Of a DNA stretch of 64,000 nt, positions 58,366-64,000 are shown piece after piece (the stretch's first letter is position 1; each line of letters starts with the position of its first letter). The position numbers and the translations under genes are program-made. Where the stretch lies: contig CBDBOV010000006.1 in NCBI GenBank assembly GCA_965208575.1, positions 256,001-320,000 of the forward strand, written 5' to 3'. Below the pieces are notes generated by a model that made no database searches, had not been told where the DNA came from, and saw only the letters and a program-made list of their open reading frames with translations. Origin of the DNA: Spirochaetia bacterium (GTDB lineage Bacteria; Spirochaetota; Spirochaetia; SZUA-6; Bin103).

Positions 58366-59526
58366 ATGGACTACTTTCCCGCCCGCATACCGGCGACCAA
58401 GCCCCCCGGAGTCGAACTCAGTGCCGCCATGCACCGTCAGTACGACCTGTGGGACAGCACCGCCGAGTACGACAACGAGTTCTACTCCCGGTTCAGGTAC
58501 AGCGAACTGGCCGGCTTCCCCGACGACGGTTTCGTGTCGCGCCGCGACCCCTCCAAGGTGATCAAGGTCGGCGACCGGTACTACGTGTATTACACCTGCC
58601 GCCGCACCGGCAACGACATCGTCGCCGCGGGCGAGGACGACGACACCCATGCGTCCACCGACTGGGACCTGGCCGACATCTACGTGGCGACATCGCACGA
58701 CGGGTTCGCCTGGGAGGAGAAGGGGCCGGCGCTGCGGCGCTCCAAGCCGGGACGCTTCGGCTGCCGGTCGCTGTCGACGCCCGACGTCCTGCCGTGGAAC
58801 GGCCGCTACTACCTGTTCGTTCAGGTGTACAGCGACCTGATCCGCAACGACTCCTGCCCGGTCAGCGTCGGGGTGGCAGACCACCCGGAAGGGCCGTTCG
58901 AGCTGCTCGACCGGGAGCTGATACCGCTCGGGCCGCCCGACAGTTGGGACGGCAACTCGATCCACGACCCCTATCCGCTGATCTACCGCAACCGGATCCA
59001 CCTCTACTACAAGGGCCACCCGGTCCGGTTCAAGTCGCCGGACACCATGTACCTGGCGCAGGGGGTGGCGACCGCCGACACGCCGGAGGGGCCGTTCACC
59101 AAGTACGAGGGCAACCCGGTGCTCAACTCCGGTCACGAGACCATGCTGTGGCCCTACCGGGAGGGGATCGCGTCGCTGCAGATCCGCAACGGCAACGAGG
59201 GCAACACCGTGCAGTACGCGCCCGACGGCCTCAACTTCCAGCTCAAGGCGATCGTCGACGTTCCTCCGCACGCCGGCGGCCCCTACATCCCCGACCTGCT
59301 CGCCGACAGCGGCGACGGACGCGGCATCCTGTGGGGCCTGTGCTTCGTGCGGTCGAGCTACGAGGAGCGCTACCGCTCGCGGCTGCTGCGCTTCGACTGC
59401 AGCCTGAGCCGCGACCTGGAACGCCCCGGCTTCAAGGGCGCCCGCCAGTACACAGAGGAGCAGTATCTCGCCTTTCCCCTATCCCCCGAGGAGCGCTCCT
59501 TCCTGACCGAAGCCGGCGGCGCCTGA
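58366..59526 (+). CDS. GH117-family glycoside hydrolase
   Basis: LSAAMHR, SRRDPSKVIK, DWDLADIY, HDP, LYYKG, NPVLNSGHET, TVQYAPDG, RFDCSL. Confidence 0.88.
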   Translation: MDYFPARIPATKPPGVELSAAMHRQYDLWDSTAEYDNEFYSRFRYSELAGFPDDGFVSRRDPSKVIKVGDRYYVYYTCRRTGNDIVAAGEDDDTHASTDWDLADIYVATSHDGFAWEEKGPALRRSKPGRFGCRSLSTPDVLPWNGRYYLFVQVYSDLIRNDSCPVSVGVADHPEGPFELLDRELIPLGPPDSWDGNSIHDPYPLIYRNRIHLYYKGHPVRFKSPDTMYLAQGVATADTPEGPFTKYEGNPVLNSGHETMLWPYREGIASLQIRNGNEGNTVQYAPDGLNFQLKAIVDVPPHAGGPYIPDLLADSGDGRGILWGLCFVRSSYEERYRSRLLRFDCSLSRDLERPGFKGARQYTEEQYLAFPLSPEERSFLTEAGGA

Positions 59527-59600
59527 TCCCGGATGGTAGCCCCGACGGGGCGCAAAGCCGTATCATTTGCCCTTCTCGCACCGGGAGAAGGATCCGAACT

Positions 59601-60848
59601 ATGCAGATCAGGAAGTCCGACAAGCTCGAACACGTATGCTACGACATTCGCGGACCCGTTCTGGCCGCCGCGCGGCGCCTGGAAGATGAAGGGTTCCGGG
59701 TCGCGAAGCTGAACATCGGCGATCCGGCCAAGTGGGGCTTCGAAGCGCCCGAGGAGATCCTGCGCGACGTGGTAATGAACATCGCCGAAGGGCAGGGCTA
59801 CGGCGACTCGCAGGGGCTGTTCTGCGCGCGCAAGGCGATCATGCAGCACTACCAGTCCCTCGGCGTGCCGCGCGTGCAGATCGAAGACGTCTACCTCGGC
59901 AACGGCGTCAGCGAACTGATCACCATGTCCCTGCAGGGGCTGCTCAACGACGGCGACGAGGTGCTGATTCCGGCACCCGACTATCCGCTGTGGACGGCGG
60001 CGGCGAATCTGGCCGGCGGCCGCCCGGTGCACTACCTGTGCGACGAGGAAGCCGACTGGACTCCCGACATCGAAGACATCGCCGCCAAGATCACCTCCCG
60101 CACCAGGGCGATCGTGGTGATCAATCCCAACAACCCAACCGGCGCGGTGTACCCGCGCGACTGCCTGGAGCGGATCGTGGCGCTCGCCCGCGAGCACGAA
60201 CTGGTCCTCTTCGCCGACGAGATCTACGACAAGATCGTCTACGACGGAGTACGGCACACGCCGCTGGCCACGCTCGCCGACGACATTCTCATCGGCACCT
60301 TCAACGGGCTCTCCAAGACCTACCGCATTCCCGGCTTCCGCTCCGGCTGGCTGCTGCTCAGCGGCGCCAGGCACCAGGCGCGCGACTACATCGAGGGCCT
60401 CGGCATCCTGTCGGCGATGCGGCTGTGCGCCAACATGCCGGCGCAACTCGCCATCCAGACTTCGCTCGGCGGCTTTCAGAGCATCAACCAGCTTACCGCC
60501 CCCGGCGGACGCCTGGCGGTGCAGCGCGACACGCTGTACGAGGCGATCAACGCCATTCCCGGCATCTCCTGCACCAGGCCGCAGGGTGCGTTCTACCTGT
60601 TTCCGAAGATCGATACCCGCCGCTTCGGGGTGGTGGACGACGAACGCATGGTCCTGGACCTGCTGGAGCAGGAGAAGGTGCTGATCGTGCAGGGTACCGC
60701 GTTCAACTGGGTCCGGCCCGACCACTTCCGCATGGTGTTTCTGCCGCACGCCGACCAGCTCGCCGACGTGACGGCCAGAATCGGCCATTTCTTCGGCCAC
60801 TACGTGCAGGAGGGCGGCGTGCCGGCATTGGCCGGCCGCAGCGCCTGA
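59601..60848 (+). CDS. alaA: Glutamate-pyruvate (alanine) aminotransferase, class I/II
   Basis: KSDKLEHVCYDIRGP, LNIGDP, GNGVSELI, PDYPLWTA, INPNNPTG, FNGLSKTYR, VQGTAFNW. Confidence 0.92.
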   Translation: MQIRKSDKLEHVCYDIRGPVLAAARRLEDEGFRVAKLNIGDPAKWGFEAPEEILRDVVMNIAEGQGYGDSQGLFCARKAIMQHYQSLGVPRVQIEDVYLGNGVSELITMSLQGLLNDGDEVLIPAPDYPLWTAAANLAGGRPVHYLCDEEADWTPDIEDIAAKITSRTRAIVVINPNNPTGAVYPRDCLERIVALAREHELVLFADEIYDKIVYDGVRHTPLATLADDILIGTFNGLSKTYRIPGFRSGWLLLSGARHQARDYIEGLGILSAMRLCANMPAQLAIQTSLGGFQSINQLTAPGGRLAVQRDTLYEAINAIPGISCTRPQGAFYLFPKIDTRRFGVVDDERMVLDLLEQEKVLIVQGTAFNWVRPDHFRMVFLPHADQLADVTARIGHFFGHYVQEGGVPALAGRSA

Positions 60849-60880
60849 CCCGCGCCGCCCCATCCGCGCGGCCCTGCGCC

Positions 60881-62350
60881 ATGGCGCCCGCCATCGCCTT
60901 CACCAACCTCGGCTGCCGGCTCAACATCGCCGAGAGCGACGCGCTCGCGGCGCGCTTCGTCGCGGCCGGGTACCGCGTGGTCGAGGACGCCGGCGCCGCC
61001 GACGTGGTGGTGGTCAACACCTGCACCGTTACCGGCCAGGCCGACCGCAAGTCGCGCAATGCCATGTACCGAGCCGTACGCTCAGGCGTACGCTCAGGCG
61101 TACGCTCAGGCGTGCGCCCAGGCGTGCGCGCGGCCGGGCGCACGGGCGCGCCCACGGGAACGCAGCCGCACGCCGCCGCCGCCGGATCGCCCGTCGCCGC
61201 CGACCGGCACGACACGCGGCCCCTGGTGGTTGCGACCGGATGCTACGTGACCGCGCAGGGCGGCGTGGCATGCGACCTGCCCGGCGTCGACTACGCCGTG
61301 GACAACGACCGCAAGAGCGGGATCTTCGACCTGGTGGCCGCGCACCTGGCGGGCGAGGTAGTCGACCCGGCGGCGCTGCCGGCGGACCCGTTCGGCTACC
61401 GGCCCGGCGCGCAGCCGCTGCACACCCGCGCCACCATCAAGATCCAGGACGGCTGCGACAACTTCTGCACCTTCTGCATCATCCCCGCGGTGCGCGGGCG
61501 CGCGCGCAGCCGGCCCGCTCCCGACATTCTCGACGAGGCGCGCCGGCTGCTCGACGAGGGCCACCGCGAGTTGGTGCTCACCGGCGTCAACATCGGCCGC
61601 TACCGGTGGGACGGGTGGAGTTTCAGCCGCCTGCTCGAGCAGATGCTCGACCTCCCCGGCGACTACCGGGTGCGCGTGTCCTCGCTGGAACCCGACCCGC
61701 TCGACGACCGCTTCGTCGACCTGGCCGGCCATGAGCGCCTGTGCCCGCACCTGCACCTGTGCCTGCAGAGCGGCTCCGACCGCATCCTGCTGCGCATGCG
61801 CCGCGAGTACGACGTGGACGCCTACCTCGCCCTGGTCGACCGCATCCGTGCCGCCTGGCGTCGGCGCGGCGTACCGGCCCACTTCACCACCGACGTCATG
61901 GTCGGCTTCCCCGGCGAAACCGATGACGACTTCGCCGGCACCCTGGAGGTGTGCGACGCCGTCGCCTTCGGTCACATTCACACCTTCCGCTACTCGCCGC
62001 GCGCGGGCACCCGCGCCGCGCGCCTGCCCGGCGCGGTGCCGGAACCGGTCAAGGCCGAACGCAGCGCCGCGGTCCGCGCGCTGGCCGCCGCCGGACGGCG
62101 CCGGCTGGCGCAGCGCCTCGCCGGCCACCGCCAGCGCCTCCTCGTCGAACAGGTAGACGGCGCCCTCGCCACCGGCTACGGCGAGTCCTACCTGCGCATC
62201 GAGGCAGCGATATCGACCGGCCCGCGGCCCGAGCCAGGCGAGTGGTACCCGGTCACCGTCAGCGGACCCCTTCCCGATGGCCGCCTCGCCGCCCTTCCCG
62301 GCGACGTGCCTGCACTGCCCTCTGTGGGAGCCTCACCAGCTACCGCGTAG
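60881..62350 (+). CDS. mtaB: tRNA t6A37 methylthiotransferase (radical SAM)
   Basis: NLGCRLN, NTCTVT..ADRKSR, ATGCY, KIQDGCDNFCTFCII, LTGVNIG, LQSGSD..L.RMRR.Y. Confidence 0.9.
   Translation: MAPAIAFTNLGCRLNIAESDALAARFVAAGYRVVEDAGAADVVVVNTCTVTGQADRKSRNAMYRAVRSGVRSGVRSGVRPGVRAAGRTGAPTGTQPHAAAAGSPVAADRHDTRPLVVATGCYVTAQGGVACDLPGVDYAVDNDRKSGIFDLVAAHLAGEVVDPAALPADPFGYRPGAQPLHTRATIKIQDGCDNFCTFCIIPAVRGRARSRPAPDILDEARRLLDEGHRELVLTGVNIGRYRWDGWSFSRLLEQMLDLPGDYRVRVSSLEPDPLDDRFVDLAGHERLCPHLHLCLQSGSDRILLRMRREYDVDAYLALVDRIRAAWRRRGVPAHFTTDVMVGFPGETDDDFAGTLEVCDAVAFGHIHTFRYSPRAGTRAARLPGAVPEPVKAERSAAVRALAAAGRRRLAQRLAGHRQRLLVEQVDGALATGYGESYLRIEAAISTGPRPEPGEWYPVTVSGPLPDGRLAALPGDVPALPSVGASPATA
61075..61129. repeat. 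12-bp coding tandem repeat (VRSG) inside mtaB
   Basis: CGTACGCTCAGG x3 followed by CGTGCGCCCAGG. Confidence 0.85.
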
Positions 62351-62659
62351 GCCGCGCCGCGGATTCCGGCGCTCGCCGCCAGGCACCACACCGGACGCGT
62401 CACCACACTGGATACGGCACCACTGCGGATACGGCGCGGCACAGAGATCGTCGTCACCGGTGCCGGGGAACCCTCACCGTCGACTGCGCCGCCGTGCGCC
62501 CGCTTGGCCGCCCGCCGCCGACGTTGCGGACAGTCGAGGCGGGTGCTACACTCTCCCTGTCCAAAGGCAGCCAAGCCCGCGAACCTGAGCGCCGCACGCA
62601 TAATGCCGCGAGGTGCGTGGCCGGCTGTCGATTCAGCCCAGTCCGAAAAGGAGATCATC

Positions 62660-64000
62660 ATGCTCTTGATCCGTGCGTTGCTGTCCATGGGTGTGCTGTT
62701 GCTGGCGCCCGCACTGACCGTCATGGCCGCCGGCGCGGCCGACGACGATGCCGGTGCGGCCGAGCCGGCCGCCGACATGTCCATGGGGGCGTACAACGAG
62801 GCGCCGATGCTGGCCGCCATGGTGGCGGACGGCGAATTGCCGCCGGTCGACGAACGCCTGCCGCTGGAACCGCCGGTGGTGTACTTCGCCGCCGGCGACG
62901 AGATCGGCACCTACGGCGGCACGCTTACCGTGTTCCACACCAGCATCAACCCGTGGGCCGACCTCGGCTACGAGACCGAGATCGGCGGCTACGTGATCCG
63001 CGCCAATCCCGACACCAACGAGCTGGAGCCGCTGCTGGTCAAGAGCGCGGAGATGTCCGACGACGCCATGAGTCTTACCCTCTACCTGCGCGAGGGCACG
63101 CGCTGGTCGGACGGCCACCCGATGACCGCGGACGACTACGTGTTCATGTACGAGGACGCGCACTGGAACGACAAGGTCACCACCTGGAACTGGATCCCGC
63201 AGATCAAGCGGGCGATCAAGGTGGACGATCTCACCGTACGGTTCGAGACCGACGAGCCGTACCATGCGCTGCTCGCCAAGCACGCGAGCCCGCCGGGCGG
63301 CGGCTGGCAGGCGTTCCACCCGTTCCACTACCTCAAGAAGTGGCACATCAATCACAACCCGGACGCCGGCGCGCTGGCCAAGGAAGAGGGCTTCGACACC
63401 TGGGACGAGGCATTCAACCACCACTTCTTCTGGGCCCCGCAGCAGGACCTGGAGCAGCCCACCCACCACCCCTGGATCCTCGTCGAACGCACCAACACCG
63501 GCAAGCGCTACGAACGCAACCCCTACTACTGGAAGGTGGATCCGGACGGCAACCAGCTTCCCTACGTGGACCGCATCCAGGCGCAGATCGTCGACAGCGA
63601 GACCTACCACCTCAAGATCATCGCCGGCGAGGCAGACTTCGCCGTGCTCGGCACCCGCTTCGACAACTTCACCCTGTACAAGGAGAACGAGGTCTCCGGC
63701 GAGTACCGGGTGGTGCAGATTGCGGCCCCGGTGGTGGGACACAGCGTGCTGATTCCCAACCAGTTCCACGAGGACGAGTTCACCCGCGGCATGTACCGCG
63801 ACGTGCGTTTCCGGCGCGCCCTGTCGCTGGCCATCAACCGCGACGAGATCAACGAACTGGTGTTCTTCGGCGTCGGCGTGCCGCGCTCGGCCACCATCGT
63901 ATCCACCAGCCCGTGGGTCAAGCCGGAGTGGGAGCAGGCCTGGGCCCAGCACGACCCCGATCAGGCGTCCGCCCTGCTCGACGAGCTCGGCCTGACCGAG
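62660..64000 (+). CDS. ABC transporter substrate-binding protein, family 5 (runs off right edge)
   Basis: AAGGAG RBS, ATG 62660; MLLIRALL... signal; YNEAPMLAAMV..GELPPVDERLP, LREGTRWSDG, RNPYYWKVDPDGNQLPY. Confidence 0.9.
   Translation, partial: MLLIRALLSMGVLLLAPALTVMAAGAADDDAGAAEPAADMSMGAYNEAPMLAAMVADGELPPVDERLPLEPPVVYFAAGDEIGTYGGTLTVFHTSINPWADLGYETEIGGYVIRANPDTNELEPLLVKSAEMSDDAMSLTLYLREGTRWSDGHPMTADDYVFMYEDAHWNDKVTTWNWIPQIKRAIKVDDLTVRFETDEPYHALLAKHASPPGGGWQAFHPFHYLKKWHINHNPDAGALAKEEGFDTWDEAFNHHFFWAPQQDLEQPTHHPWILVERTNTGKRYERNPYYWKVDPDGNQLPYVDRIQAQIVDSETYHLKIIAGEADFAVLGTRFDNFTLYKENEVSGEYRVVQIAAPVVGHSVLIPNQFHEDEFTRGMYRDVRFRRALSLAINRDEINELVFFGVGVPRSATIVSTSPWVKPEWEQAWAQHDPDQASALLDELGLTE

Overview
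High-GC bacterial window that alternates carbohydrate-uptake loci with decaying defence and toxin-antitoxin islands. The style of the family-5 ABC solute-binding proteins suggests a spirochaete-like marine or host-associated organism (inference only). (1) 1-18.6 kb: Mrr-type endonuclease, a DUF222-like HNH protein with coding tandem repeats, two AbiEi/AbiEii type IV TA pairs (one between an intact and a 5'-truncated sulfatase copy), an XPB helicase-associated-domain protein and a 2OG-Fe(II) oxygenase. (2) 18.7-34.2 kb: Opp/Dpp-type ABC system, beta-propeller/GH32 hydrolases, a 150-bp inverted-repeat element and a 2-methylserine-type hydroxymethyltransferase. (3) 34.2-46.8 kb: a TA cassette flanked by 29-bp direct repeats, an ABC-ATPase/TOPRIM-like pair, an ABC half-transporter pair behind a Fur-like box, and an RM/helicase operon reduced to head-to-tail remnants. 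(4) 46.9-59.5 kb: a probable 3,6-anhydrogalactose (red-algal galactan) locus with four GH117 domains (two fused in one chain), a cycloisomerase-like enolase, GntR and a shared operator, plus a peptide-family ABC transporter. alaA, mtaB and a partial SBP close the window. All family calls come from motif recognition; no database searches were run.
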